Part shown: one piece after another, positions 19,714-29,288 of the stretch | How the letters are laid out: every line of letters starts with the position of its first letter | Position numbering within the stretch: position 1 is the stretch's first letter | DNA from: a virus | Taxonomy: Duplodnaviria > Heunggongvirae > Uroviricota > Caudoviricetes | IMG/VR virus record: IMGVR_UViG_3300031993_000024 | Coordinates: 64,001 to 128,000 of that record | DNA length: 64,000 nucleotides | Strand: one strand, 5' to 3' | Program-made: the position numbers and the translations under genes | The notes under the pieces: generated by a model | Database searches by the model: none | What the model was told of the DNA's origin: nothing | What the model saw: only the letters and a program-made list of their open reading frames with translations

Positions 19714-20009
19714 ATATGATGTTTATAATTTTTAAGACGAATGCCCATATTATGGTTCTTTATGCCGTAATAGCTGCATTGTCGTACATTTATGCAATCA
19801 GAGTGATGAATGTACGAGATTTCAGGATAAAGATTATTAACGCGATTTTCGAGTATAATGATAAGGAAACGATAGACCGTCTTTTATCAGAATTCCACCT
19901 TATCAGTCATAGTAAGATGTTGTTTTCCTTAAAGAGATTGAAGGTAGACAATTATTACAGTAAGGAATTCTGCGAGAAGATAAAAATAAAATTAGCTATA
20001 ACAAAATAA
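19710..20009 (+). CDS. membrane-anchored hypothetical protein
   Basis: N-terminal hydrophobic helix. Confidence 0.65.
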   Translation: MNMMFIIFKTNAHIMVLYAVIAALSYIYAIRVMNVRDFRIKIINAIFEYNDKETIDRLLSEFHLISHSKMLFSLKRLKVDNYYSKEFCEKIKIKLAITK

Positions 20010-20023
20010 AACAGTAATAGACC

Positions 20024-20350
20024 ATGCAGTTAAATGATGTATATAACGTAAGGGTAGTCGCAGAGGCATTCGTTGCTTTCAAGGTTCATAACGCCAGGAT
20101 TGACGAAGAAATTGAAATCGATGTAAAAGATTTCGTAGAAGTGCATGCTGAACCTGAAGGTACTGTCATAACTATTTGCAGTTATGAAGGTGACGGCTAT
20201 CATCCAGAATATGATACCATCAATGTAGAAGAATCAGTTGGTGAAATAGAAGAGCGGTATAAGACGGCTCTTGATTATTATAACAGGATACTGGCCGCTT
20301 GCAATACTGAAAATATAGTTAAGAAATTAGAAACAAACACATTAGTATAA
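20024..20350 (+). CDS. hypothetical protein
   Basis: ORF track. Confidence 0.7.
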   Translation: MQLNDVYNVRVVAEAFVAFKVHNARIDEEIEIDVKDFVEVHAEPEGTVITICSYEGDGYHPEYDTINVEESVGEIEERYKTALDYYNRILAACNTENIVKKLETNTLV

Positions 20351-20355
20351 ATGAT

Positions 20356-21156
20356 ATGATTTATTCCGTAGAAATAAAGAACAACAAGAATACTCCTGTC
20401 GAGTATCTTCATAAATTACCTGCATTCAAGAACGGTACGAAATTTGAATTCAAACCAGGTGTGAATGTCATTATAGGTGAGAACGGATGCGGCAAGACAA
20501 CTTTGCTTTCCCTGATTACGTCTTATCTTATGGTTGACGACTATAATTGCGGGCTTGACGACTTCAATATGAATATGCACAGACTGCACAAGAATTATCT
20601 TGATTACAGTACGTTCCTTGACGGGGCAGACGTGAAATCAGACTGGTACAGGAATACCTTCAGGTTCAAACGTCTGACGGAAGTATCCGCAAAAGTCAGT
20701 ATGAACAACCTCGCCGACATTGTCGCGAAAATGGATTCTCAGTCGATGTCGCAGGGTGAGGGCACGAAGTTCGCCATGCAGCTGATGTTCAGCAAGGCGT
20801 TCTCAGCGAAGCCGGAAGAGCTTGTATTCAATTACGATAAAATCGCGAAAATACATGAGGCGACGAAATATCTTGAATATATCAAGAGAAACAGGGTTGA
20901 AGGTGATGAGTTCACATTCATTATCGATGAGCCAGACTCGTCATTGGATATAGACAACGTGGAAGACATTTATAAAATGTTCAAATTCCATAAGGAGCAG
21001 ACACAGATTATCATGGTTCTTCATAATCCGTTATTGATAGCAGCGCTGTCAAAAGTGGATTCTGTAAATTTCATAGAAATGACCGACGGTTATCTTGACA
21101 AGATAAAAGGAGGCATTAACAAAATGTTGAAACTTGTCGGACCATCTAAATTATAA
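20356..21156 (+). CDS. stand-alone ABC-type/AAA ATPase
   Basis: Walker A GENGCGKTT, signature MSQGEG, Walker B IIDEPD, H-loop VLHN. Confidence 0.85.
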   Translation: MIYSVEIKNNKNTPVEYLHKLPAFKNGTKFEFKPGVNVIIGENGCGKTTLLSLITSYLMVDDYNCGLDDFNMNMHRLHKNYLDYSTFLDGADVKSDWYRNTFRFKRLTEVSAKVSMNNLADIVAKMDSQSMSQGEGTKFAMQLMFSKAFSAKPEELVFNYDKIAKIHEATKYLEYIKRNRVEGDEFTFIIDEPDSSLDIDNVEDIYKMFKFHKEQTQIIMVLHNPLLIAALSKVDSVNFIEMTDGYLDKIKGGINKMLKLVGPSKL

Positions 21157-21159
21157 ACT

Positions 21160-21510
21160 ATGTGTAAGACTTATAAAAGCTGGAAAGAAAGTAATCAGAC
21201 AACTGAAGACAGTGACAGTTACATTGTCGAGCTTGCCTGTTATTACGCTGGAATTGAGAAAGAAGGCGATTTGTATATAGACATAGCGTATACATGCGCT
21301 GAAACTGATAAGATGTATGAAGGAGGTTTTCTGAATTATACGAAGACACCTTATGACGAAATTATCAAGATACTGGACCCGATACTGCAGGCAGCTGATG
21401 AAATAACTATCGTAAGATACCTGAATGACGGAGACGCTTTCAAAAAGCTTATAGATTATATAAAGTCTACATACTCTGGCAACAAGTCTGTAGAAGAGAA
21501 AGGAATTTAA
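21160..21510 (+). CDS. hypothetical protein
   Basis: ORF track. Confidence 0.7.
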   Translation: MCKTYKSWKESNQTTEDSDSYIVELACYYAGIEKEGDLYIDIAYTCAETDKMYEGGFLNYTKTPYDEIIKILDPILQAADEITIVRYLNDGDAFKKLIDYIKSTYSGNKSVEEKGI

Positions 21511-21524
21511 GAAAAACTTGTACA

Positions 21525-22586
21525 ATGATATTCAAGACGCTAAAAGATAGGACAAATTATTACCGTGACCTGTTCGACTATAAAATCACGCCGAACAGCT
21601 GGTATATCATTATGCTTGACGGCCATTCGTTTTCAAAGAGCATCAAAAAACGTTATAAGAGGCCGTTTGACGATGTTTTCGTCTCTGCTATGGACGAAAC
21701 AGCTCTTCACCTATGCAAGAAGCTTCAGAATATAAAATATGCGTTTATACAAAGCGATGAGATAAATCTCTTCTGCAAAGACGAGTCAGCATCAGGACTT
21801 GATTTCAACGGCAGGCTGTGCAAGCTACAGTCCATCTGCGCCGGTATTGCGACTGCCAAATTCAACCATATCCTATGGGAACTTGGTGACAAGAATGAGT
21901 ATGAGTTCGATTGCAAGGTATGGAGCGTTCCAAATGAGGATGAGGCCAACGCATGGCTGAGGTATAGAATGAATGACTGTGTCCGCAATGCCGTCAACAG
22001 CGTCGGTGAGCACGTCCTTGGACATAAGGCTATAAAGGGTAAGAAGCGGAATGAAGTAATAGAGATGCTTAACGATAAAGGCTATTATTATAACTTGCTG
22101 CCGGCTGGCATAAGGTTCGGAAGGATAATCAGTCAACATCTTGAAATTAGGAACGGCGTAATGAGGAATACCTATAAGCTGTCGCCAAGATGTAATGACG
22201 ATATGAGGACTATCTGCTTTGATAAGACATTGAGAGCAAATGATATATATGAGTATGAAGCATTATGTAATGAAAAGATGCTTGAAAGAGGTGAGGATGC
22301 TTATGCCGGTATAAATATCAGCTATCTCATAGATACCGATACGAAAATCATCGAGGCAAAGACGTATGCCGTAAAGAAAAAAGATAAAACACTCGAAAGT
22401 ATAATAGACAACTTCATTAAGAACAGATATAAGAAAGTTGTCATATCGTATGGAATTATCGGAATTCTTAAAGGAGTCGAGATGACGCATGAAGATAACT
22501 ACTATTATGCAGAGACAGAGGACGGCAAGGGATATTATCTGACTTGTGTCGCCAAGCTACAAGTTGTTGACGAAAAGGAGGAATAA
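21525..22586 (+). CDS. thg1: Thg1-like (tRNA-His guanylyltransferase / 3'-5' polymerase) with C-terminal extension
   Basis: IMLDGHSFSK, RPFD, QSDEI, GRLCKL, FDCKV, RMNDCVRN motifs. Confidence 0.85.
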   Translation: MIFKTLKDRTNYYRDLFDYKITPNSWYIIMLDGHSFSKSIKKRYKRPFDDVFVSAMDETALHLCKKLQNIKYAFIQSDEINLFCKDESASGLDFNGRLCKLQSICAGIATAKFNHILWELGDKNEYEFDCKVWSVPNEDEANAWLRYRMNDCVRNAVNSVGEHVLGHKAIKGKKRNEVIEMLNDKGYYYNLLPAGIRFGRIISQHLEIRNGVMRNTYKLSPRCNDDMRTICFDKTLRANDIYEYEALCNEKMLERGEDAYAGINISYLIDTDTKIIEAKTYAVKKKDKTLESIIDNFIKNRYKKVVISYGIIGILKGVEMTHEDNYYYAETEDGKGYYLTCVAKLQVVDEKEE

Positions 22587-22589
22587 GAA

Positions 22590-23042
22590 ATGGAAAAGAA
22601 AAGAGTAATTACAATAGGAGTTAACACGCACAGCAGTGATTTCACTGTCATAGTTTCCGATGGTAGATGCGCGACGGTTCAATATTGCAGCTTGCTCGAC
22701 GGGGATAACATCAATATCGGGGATTTCCTCAAAAATGTGAGAGGAATGATAGGACAGCCTGACGAAATATATATCGATGACAATTCGTCTGAGATGACAC
22801 TCAAATTGAAAGAACTCTGGCAGGCATTCAAACTCTGGCTTTACGGCACCTATTCTGATATTGTCAGAATACACTGCGACGACTTCGACGATGTGCATAG
22901 TATCAACCAGAATGAGAAAGCTCTTCTTGTTGACTTTATGAAATACCTTAACAGAAGGGGATTTATGGCTGAAGACCTGCAATGCGACATAGAGCACCAG
23001 GTAGAAACTTATTTGAAACAATTTAAATTCAAACAGCAATGA
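22590..23042 (+). CDS. hypothetical protein, possible degenerate RNase H-fold (terminase nuclease-like)
   Basis: ITIGVN..SDFTVI...IYIDDN pattern; weak. Confidence 0.35.
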   Translation: MEKKRVITIGVNTHSSDFTVIVSDGRCATVQYCSLLDGDNINIGDFLKNVRGMIGQPDEIYIDDNSSEMTLKLKELWQAFKLWLYGTYSDIVRIHCDDFDDVHSINQNEKALLVDFMKYLNRRGFMAEDLQCDIEHQVETYLKQFKFKQQ

Positions 23043-23242
23043 GTTTTATTATACATGACATCACACACTGCAAAGGCGAAACTTGTCCGGAGAAGAAAAG
23101 ACAGAAATGCTATAGGTATATAGCGTACAGGGACATCGTTGATAACAAGATAAGAGGAAATATAAGCCTCTTCATAGAATCGCCTTATGATAGCGAAAGT
23201 AAGACCTGTAAGAATTTTATGGATACAAAGCTGAAGAGATGA
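23039..23242 (+). CDS. small Cys-containing hypothetical protein
   Basis: HDITHCKGETCP...CYRY. Confidence 0.7.
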   Translation: MSFIIHDITHCKGETCPEKKRQKCYRYIAYRDIVDNKIRGNISLFIESPYDSESKTCKNFMDTKLKR

Positions 23243-23544
23243 GAGAGATTTATCTGAATTATTGCAAAGATATTTTTGGAACAGAGTTTGTCGAGGTTCT
23301 TATGAAGGATTCTCCGAGTTCTGCTTCCGGATATATGAAGCCAATTCGCCAGATAATGACAGTAATAGATAAGATAGACATAAGCAGCTATGCCTTTAAG
23401 GAACTTACAGAAAAGGTCTGCTCATATCTAAGGGATGACGATTATATAATTGTTGTCGAGAATTTCAATAACGGGATATTCAGAAAGTTATCTGAACATA
23501 TCCGTAATAATTATAACAAAGTAACGTTTAAAGATAGATTCTAA
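23239..23544 (+). CDS. hypothetical protein
   Basis: ORF track. Confidence 0.7.
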   Translation: MREIYLNYCKDIFGTEFVEVLMKDSPSSASGYMKPIRQIMTVIDKIDISSYAFKELTEKVCSYLRDDDYIIVVENFNNGIFRKLSEHIRNNYNKVTFKDRF

Positions 23545-23579
23545 AGTATTGATTTATAAACTCTTAAAATAAATAAATT

Positions 23580-24365
23580 ATGGAAGATTATGTTTTGCAG
23601 TGGTTTTATGCCACTTTCGGCAGTGAGGCTGACCAGACTAACAGCGAAGATATGAAGATTATCAGAGCTTTCGAAGACGGGAGGAATACGAAATACGTTC
23701 ACAACCTGTCAGACGATGAAATTAAAGAATACGCCTTGATGACATCCCATGAATGGTGGGAGCATGCTATGAACAGATTCAATGAGCTAAGCGAAAGTGA
23801 GAAGGCGAAATACAATCAGTTCATAGGGTTTAATGACGTGTCTGACCTCATCCTTAACGAAATCGTAAGGGCATGCAGGCAAGTAAGGGATTCCGGTACA
23901 TTAACTTATGAGAAGGGTAATATCGGAAAATGTGATTCAACCGGCAATGAAACTCTTAAGGTAGACATCGCAAAAGCTCATGAAGTCATTAACGCGAACG
24001 GCAGTAATCCGTCAGGGCCTGAAATAGACGAAGAGCAAGAGGACATTGCAAATGAGCCTGAAGCTAAACCTGAAGCTAAACCTGAAGCAAAGCCAGAAGC
24101 TAAACCTGAAGTCAAGACAGAAGGAGCTTATGACGGAACCGTGCCTGACCCCTATAAAGTCGCTGACATAGACAAATTCCGTGTAATGGAGTCTCAGGAC
24201 GAAGAATTGGATGACAACAGGCAGGGAAATCTGTTTGCTGTGAACTTGACAAGAAAGAAACCGTCAATTGGTAAAATGTTCCAGTTTAATAAAGACAAGA
24301 ATAAAATGAAGCCTGTCGGCGAGTTGTCTTTCATTAAAGACTATATAAAGAAACGTAATAAGTAG
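23580..24365 (+). CDS. hypothetical protein with PEAK tandem repeat
   Basis: ORF track. Confidence 0.75.
   Translation: MEDYVLQWFYATFGSEADQTNSEDMKIIRAFEDGRNTKYVHNLSDDEIKEYALMTSHEWWEHAMNRFNELSESEKAKYNQFIGFNDVSDLILNEIVRACRQVRDSGTLTYEKGNIGKCDSTGNETLKVDIAKAHEVINANGSNPSGPEIDEEQEDIANEPEAKPEAKPEAKPEAKPEVKTEGAYDGTVPDPYKVADIDKFRVMESQDEELDDNRQGNLFAVNLTRKKPSIGKMFQFNKDKNKMKPVGELSFIKDYIKKRNK
24057..24116 (+). repeat. 12-bp in-frame tandem repeat CCTGAAGCTAAA x5 (PEAK)
   Basis: read directly. Confidence 0.9.
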
Positions 24366-24370
24366 CTGAT

Positions 24371-24799
24371 ATGGAAATTTATCTGTCTGAGGTAAGACAA
24401 GAGGCTGAACGACTCGGAGGCAAATTTACTTTTGCTTTCGATGCCGACGGCAATGTGTGTGATAGGGGAATGTTCGAATATAGGTTCGCCATAGGAGAAC
24501 TTATTGACGGGAAAGATTATACTAACAGTCATTCAGTGGCCACTATCTATGTCTATATCAGGAAAGCTGACAACAGAATCATATTTTCAGATTATGACAG
24601 GTATAATCAGATGACATTGAATTTTAATAATTTCAATGGTGACGAAAACGACAGATACCTTATCAGAATATCCCTTATGAAATTTCTTGATGAGCTTTAT
24701 ATGTGTCGCAACCGCAGAGATGAACATCTATGGTGCGACGGCATGCTTGACGAAAATAATATCTATCATAGGTATGTTCAAATGACGTTAGTACAATGA
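24371..24799 (+). CDS. hypothetical protein, paralog of 45130-45600
   Basis: LGGK...GKDYT..VATxxVY shared. Confidence 0.8.
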   Translation: MEIYLSEVRQEAERLGGKFTFAFDADGNVCDRGMFEYRFAIGELIDGKDYTNSHSVATIYVYIRKADNRIIFSDYDRYNQMTLNFNNFNGDENDRYLIRISLMKFLDELYMCRNRRDEHLWCDGMLDENNIYHRYVQMTLVQ

Positions 24800-25365
24800 A
24801 GGCAGACACTAAGCTGAGTATACAAGAGATACTGTATTATCTCCATATAAGCTATCTATGGAATCAGAGGAGCGATACGTTTATAGCCAACCTGTCATGG
24901 GGACTTTTGAACCATGAAGCTGACTTTGTGGTCATTAACAAGACAGGCTATCTGACGGAAGTCGAAATTAAAAGGTCGTTCGCTGACTTCAAGGCTGATT
25001 TCCAGAAAGAAGTTTTCCACCGTGACGAAAAAGTTTATAAGTTCTATTATTGCGTGCCGTTGTCGATAGTAGGCAAGGTAAAGGAATACATGCTGACACA
25101 GAGGGAGAAGCTTTCCGAGTTCTACGGAACTTTCAGGATGCCTGCAATTCTTACCTATGACGATAACGGAATTATAGACGTAGACAAAGACTGCAGTTAT
25201 GCTTATACCGGATTCGGAAGGAAACTGTTCATTGAAGAGCGGGTTACGATAGCAAGACTTCTGTCACTAAGGTATTGGAGCGCTTTTGATAAGAAGATAG
25301 CTGAAGAAATAAAAGTGAAAAAGAACGGTGTGCAGGGAGTTCTGCCGCTTGAAAGCACGGAATGA
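24796..25365 (+). CDS. MmcB-like PD-(D/E)XK family protein
   Basis: HEADFVVI...EVEIKRSFADFKAD. Confidence 0.7.
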   Translation: MKADTKLSIQEILYYLHISYLWNQRSDTFIANLSWGLLNHEADFVVINKTGYLTEVEIKRSFADFKADFQKEVFHRDEKVYKFYYCVPLSIVGKVKEYMLTQREKLSEFYGTFRMPAILTYDDNGIIDVDKDCSYAYTGFGRKLFIEERVTIARLLSLRYWSAFDKKIAEEIKVKKNGVQGVLPLESTE

Positions 25366-25373
25366 TAGGAATC

Positions 25374-25386
25374 GTTGTTTTTTATA
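25374..25386 (+). promoter_or_regulatory. GTTGTTTTTTATA motif
   Basis: identical 13-mer upstream of ORF 25402. Confidence 0.7.
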
Positions 25387-25401
25387 TAAAATCAAATAGC
25401 T

Positions 25402-25911
25402 ATGGAAGTAAAAAGCGTATCTATGCAAAATGTCATAACGACTACAAAGAATGTTTATGTTGCAGTTGACGGCAAAGTATTCGAAAGAGTTGATGACTGT
25501 ATATGTCATGAACATTTCTTAGATATTGAGCAAGCCAAGAAAGAATATGGCCTGGAGCGCGTCTACGATTATAGAGCTTACAGTTTTAATTCTTTCACAT
25601 ATAAGTCAGGCAATCAAGAACTGTTTCAAAAAATGATGACAGCAATGCTTGCAGTATGGAATATCTGTAGTCCTGACAGAGGCTTGCGTGCTGTGTCTAA
25701 TATAGATTCAGAAGATTATACAAACGCCTTTAAAAAACTTATTGGCTATGACTATAAAGAAAATGGAATTTATTTTATAGGCATACATCATGTTGACATG
25801 TGTGATAGTTACGACACATTTGAGGTTGAGATAAAATCTGAAGACGATTACAGGAAAGAAATCAAAAAAATAAACAAATGGTTTACAACTACTTTTGGTA
25901 AAAATCTTTAG
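25402..25911 (+). CDS. hypothetical protein, paralog of 11474
   Basis: shared N- and C-terminal motifs. Confidence 0.8.
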   Translation: MEVKSVSMQNVITTTKNVYVAVDGKVFERVDDCICHEHFLDIEQAKKEYGLERVYDYRAYSFNSFTYKSGNQELFQKMMTAMLAVWNICSPDRGLRAVSNIDSEDYTNAFKKLIGYDYKENGIYFIGIHHVDMCDSYDTFEVEIKSEDDYRKEIKKINKWFTTTFGKNL

Positions 25912-25925
25912 GTAAAAATTGTAAA

Positions 25926-26360
25926 ATGAACGTATTTCTTCCATATAAGTCACCCCTCGAAACAGCGAGATGCCTTGACAAAAGACGTCTGAACAAGCAG
26001 ATTATTGAATGCGAGCAGATAGCGAATGCGATAAACGGTGTATCGGACGCCTGGAAAAATCATCCTATCGTTAGGATGTATAAGGACCACTTATATTTCT
26101 TACACTGCTATACTGAAATACTGAAGATGTATAAAGCGGAAGGATACAGTCAGGTTTCGTCTTTCGATTTGCGGGAAAGGAGTATCGACATTATGAAAAT
26201 AATGCCTGACTTCATAACAGACGAGTACTGCGACAATATGAAGAAGAGGTTGTTCACAAAAGACCCTGAACATTATAAGCAGTTTAAGCCATACGGCAAA
26301 TCATACGTCAATATGTATTTTGTCGAAGGCGAATGGAAATACTACTTACAAAAACATTGA
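25926..26360 (+). CDS. pyrimidine-dimer DNA glycosylase-like (DenV / MSMEG_6728 family)
   Basis: MNVFLP...LDKRRLNKQIIEC...WKNHP. Confidence 0.7.
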   Translation: MNVFLPYKSPLETARCLDKRRLNKQIIECEQIANAINGVSDAWKNHPIVRMYKDHLYFLHCYTEILKMYKAEGYSQVSSFDLRERSIDIMKIMPDFITDEYCDNMKKRLFTKDPEHYKQFKPYGKSYVNMYFVEGEWKYYLQKH

Positions 26361-26363
26361 GCT

Positions 26364-26567
26364 ATGGAAGTAAAAATTGGCAAGACGATAATAGAAGAGG
26401 CTGATGACGTTCTAAGACTCTGTTATAACACGATTCTTGGTGTGACATGATTGGATTCCGAAGAAGATTTCATCGCTGCAAGAAGGAAGCATAATAGCTC
26501 TCTTGTAAAGAGAATAGAAAAGGTTAGGAAAATGTTCAAGGTAAAAACAGGAAACGTAAAGAATTAA
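26364..26567 (+). pseudogene. stop-interrupted 67-codon ORF (TGA at 26448)
   Basis: one frame fills the whole intergenic gap: ...ILGVT*LDSEEDF... Confidence 0.6.
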
Positions 26568-26570
26568 GTT

Positions 26571-26885
26571 ATGAGACTATATGTAGTGAAATTCGTTAAG
26601 AAGGACGGGAAAGTCGTCTATTATACAAACAAGAGACAGTGGTCGCAGGACACGCTTCTCGGTACTGAAGACTTTAATCATGCAACTTTCTATAAATTGA
26701 AAGGAACCGCTGTAAACGTAATGAAAGACAAGATTCATACATTCAAGTTGATGATGGATGACGATACACGTAATTACAGATACAAGGATGAAGTCAAGAG
26801 TGTCGTGTCCGTAAGCGTCGTCTCAGTCAATATAGTCGAAGGAGAAACTGAAAGCGAAGAGTTCCTCACCGATACCGATAAGTAA
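26571..26885 (+). CDS. hypothetical protein
   Basis: ORF track. Confidence 0.7.
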   Translation: MRLYVVKFVKKDGKVVYYTNKRQWSQDTLLGTEDFNHATFYKLKGTAVNVMKDKIHTFKLMMDDDTRNYRYKDEVKSVVSVSVVSVNIVEGETESEEFLTDTDK

Positions 26886-26955
26886 AGCAAAGTGAAAAAC
26901 TAAATCACTTTAGAATGTAGTAACTTTAATATGAAATAATAAACTTAACTAAGAT

Positions 26956-27183
26956 ATGGCTATAGAATCAGACAATTGTCCAAACTGCGGATGGTATCCA
27001 CCAAGTGGTAAAGATTATCATCCAAGCAAAAAATACCCAAATGCAATATATCCGTGTCATCATACGGAATTCGGAATTGACTATGAGACACACTGCTGTC
27101 CTAATTGTGAAATTTTGTTTAAACGCACTTGTATTAGACAGCCGAGAATGGAGCAGTGGAGTCCCTATCGCCGAAATATATAA
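26956..27183 (+). CDS. zinc-ribbon hypothetical protein
   Basis: CPNC x2. Confidence 0.6.
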   Translation: MAIESDNCPNCGWYPPSGKDYHPSKKYPNAIYPCHHTEFGIDYETHCCPNCEILFKRTCIRQPRMEQWSPYRRNI

Positions 27184-27216
27184 CTTTAATAATAAGAAGA
27201 ATAAAACTTAATTAAC

Positions 27217-27510
27217 ATGACATACAAAGAATTGATGGACAAATGCTCCGAAATTTGGAAGCGATACGCTCAAGAAGGTAACAGCTATCTTGGCTTGACT
27301 AAGGGTAAAGAATACTGTGTAAGGCATTATCTCGAATGCGAAGACATTACTCCAGAACAGAAAGCAAACATAGAAAGCATGGATGAGTATAAGGAGTATA
27401 TCCGAGAAATTGAAAGAGAAAAACGCAAGAAGGAGATTGATGACAACATCAAGAACAATCCTGAAGAGTATCAGAAATATCTTGAGGACAAAAAGAGATT
27501 TGAGCTATGA
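27217..27510 (+). CDS. hypothetical protein
   Basis: ORF track. Confidence 0.7.
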   Translation: MTYKELMDKCSEIWKRYAQEGNSYLGLTKGKEYCVRHYLECEDITPEQKANIESMDEYKEYIREIEREKRKKEIDDNIKNNPEEYQKYLEDKKRFEL

Positions 27511-27725
27511 AGATTCTTGAGAGGATATTTCATAACTGTAACGGAAAACTGGTATATATCGAGGGCAGCAGGTTTCCTGAGACAGGTACGACAAACGGCG
27601 GAGAAGTCTGGCGTAATTACAGGTGTTCTGTATGCAAGAGACTTTATACGACATGCGGCAACAAGCTGCATAAGATATATTTCCCTCAACAGATGCCTTC
27701 ACAACATTTAATTGATAACATTTAA
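27507..27725 (+). CDS. small zinc-binding hypothetical protein
   Basis: ATGA overlap; CSVC. Confidence 0.6.
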   Translation: MKILERIFHNCNGKLVYIEGSRFPETGTTNGGEVWRNYRCSVCKRLYTTCGNKLHKIYFPQQMPSQHLIDNI

Positions 27726-27920
27726 AAATACTTACTATGACTATTGAAGAATATAAGAAATTACCGTTCAAATATGACGGAGAAGGTAAGCCAGTTCTGA
27801 TAGAAGAAGAATGGGACAGTTTATCGCGCCGCGTAAGACGCTTTATAGAAAGAGAGCTTAAGAAAGGCAAGGTGCCTAATTTCATTGATTTTTTATGCAG
27901 ACCAGAAGAAGATTGAAGCC

Positions 27921-28259
27921 ATGGAATTTGAAGGTAAGACATATTCGACGTTTGACGAGATATTTTTAGAATGTCTCAGACTTGCTGAACAAAAAAGTCC
28001 GAAAACCCAGGAATTCTTCGAGGCATATATAAAGTATATATCCGTCGAGAATAACTGTACGTATGAGGAGGCAGAGAAAATCGCGAAAAGCAATATAGGC
28101 TACTATGCTGGATATTGCGGACAAGAGACGACCGAGCTTATATACAAGACATACAATACAAAGCATCCGATATTGGGAGAAAAACCTTATGAGAATACTA
28201 TGGAGAAAGTTACGAGGGCTCTCAATAACGGACTGAAGCCGATAGAAGGATTCGTGTAA
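27921..28259 (+). CDS. hypothetical protein
   Basis: ORF track 27885-28259, likely ATG27921. Confidence 0.7.
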   Translation: MEFEGKTYSTFDEIFLECLRLAEQKSPKTQEFFEAYIKYISVENNCTYEEAEKIAKSNIGYYAGYCGQETTELIYKTYNTKHPILGEKPYENTMEKVTRALNNGLKPIEGFV

Positions 28260-28289
28260 AAATGAATATAGACTTAAATTTATAACAAG

Positions 28290-28574
28290 ATGACTGAATT
28301 ACAGATTTACAAGTTCATACATGAAAACGAGCTTGAATGCAGATGGCAGGACTTCTACGAAAACGGAAAGTACGTAAAGAAGCTGAACTTATGGGTACCA
28401 GCTTATTTGTTGAAGGATTTCTGTGATTTGTTAGGATACAGTGCATTTGACGACAGAGTGCTATGTGAAACGACATTATGCTATGACGGCAGTACGTTTA
28501 TCGAAAACCTTGATGAGGTCCTGGAATGCTATGATATTGATGCTGAAAACATTCTTAAAAAATGTGAGAACTGA
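28290..28574 (+). CDS. hypothetical protein
   Basis: ORF track. Confidence 0.75.
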   Translation: MTELQIYKFIHENELECRWQDFYENGKYVKKLNLWVPAYLLKDFCDLLGYSAFDDRVLCETTLCYDGSTFIENLDEVLECYDIDAENILKKCEN

Positions 28575-28618
28575 AAATAATGTGAAATGCTGGTGTTAAA
28601 GAATCTTAAATAGGTGTT

Positions 28619-29038
28619 ATGACTATGGATATAAAACGTAAAGAGCTATTACTCAAAGATTTATCAGCAAGACTGATATATGGAGTCAAATGTTTTGTCT
28701 ATGGAGACATTCAGAACACCCATATTCTTTCAGGTATAAAAGATGATGACACCGCATATTTCAAGGAGCTTGACTGGAAGGAATCAGACGGTTTCGTCGA
28801 GATAGAATTCGTAACGCCTCTACTCAGACCGATGTCAAGTATGACTGACGACGAGAAGAAATTTGTTGCGAACCTTAAAGGAGGCCTCGTCGTACTTAGG
28901 CATAAAGAAACCAATGACATCGTAGGTGTATGGAATGAAACGGAAGCTACAGACTGGCTTAATAAAAATCATTTCGATTACAGAGGCCTAATTGAGAAAG
29001 GTCTCGCCATGAGAGCGTCTGAAGACATGTATAAGTAA
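28619..29038 (+). CDS. hypothetical protein, family A
   Basis: LLLKDLSARL / LLRPMSSMT / DWLNKNHFDYRGLIEKGLA. Confidence 0.85.
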   Translation: MTMDIKRKELLLKDLSARLIYGVKCFVYGDIQNTHILSGIKDDDTAYFKELDWKESDGFVEIEFVTPLLRPMSSMTDDEKKFVANLKGGLVVLRHKETNDIVGVWNETEATDWLNKNHFDYRGLIEKGLAMRASEDMYK

Positions 29039-29085
29039 GCTTCACAAGATTAAGCAAGATAATTTCAGGCAATTGTTAGAATTTT

Positions 29086-29098
29086 GTTGTTTTTTATA
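29086..29098 (+). promoter_or_regulatory. GTTGTTTTTTATA motif
   Basis: identical 13-mer upstream of ORF 29112. Confidence 0.7.
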
Positions 29099-29111
29099 TA
29101 AAAACAATAAA

Positions 29112-29285
29112 ATGAAGAATAACATTACAACTGACAAAATTAAGATTGAGACAGAGAAATGTCGCTCTGACATAGCTTATTTCGCAAAGAAATATCTTAG
29201 GATAAAGCGGAATGATGGCAGTTCCGCTAATCTGTCTGAAGATACTATTAAAAGGCTTAAATCAATTCATATACAAAAAATATAA
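29112..29285 (+). CDS. small protein resembling the N-terminus of T4 gp17-type terminase
   Basis: ETEKCRSDIAYFAKKYLRI resembles ExxKCxxDxxYFxxxY. Confidence 0.5.
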   Translation: MKNNITTDKIKIETEKCRSDIAYFAKKYLRIKRNDGSSANLSEDTIKRLKSIHIQKI

Positions 29286-29288
29286 ATT

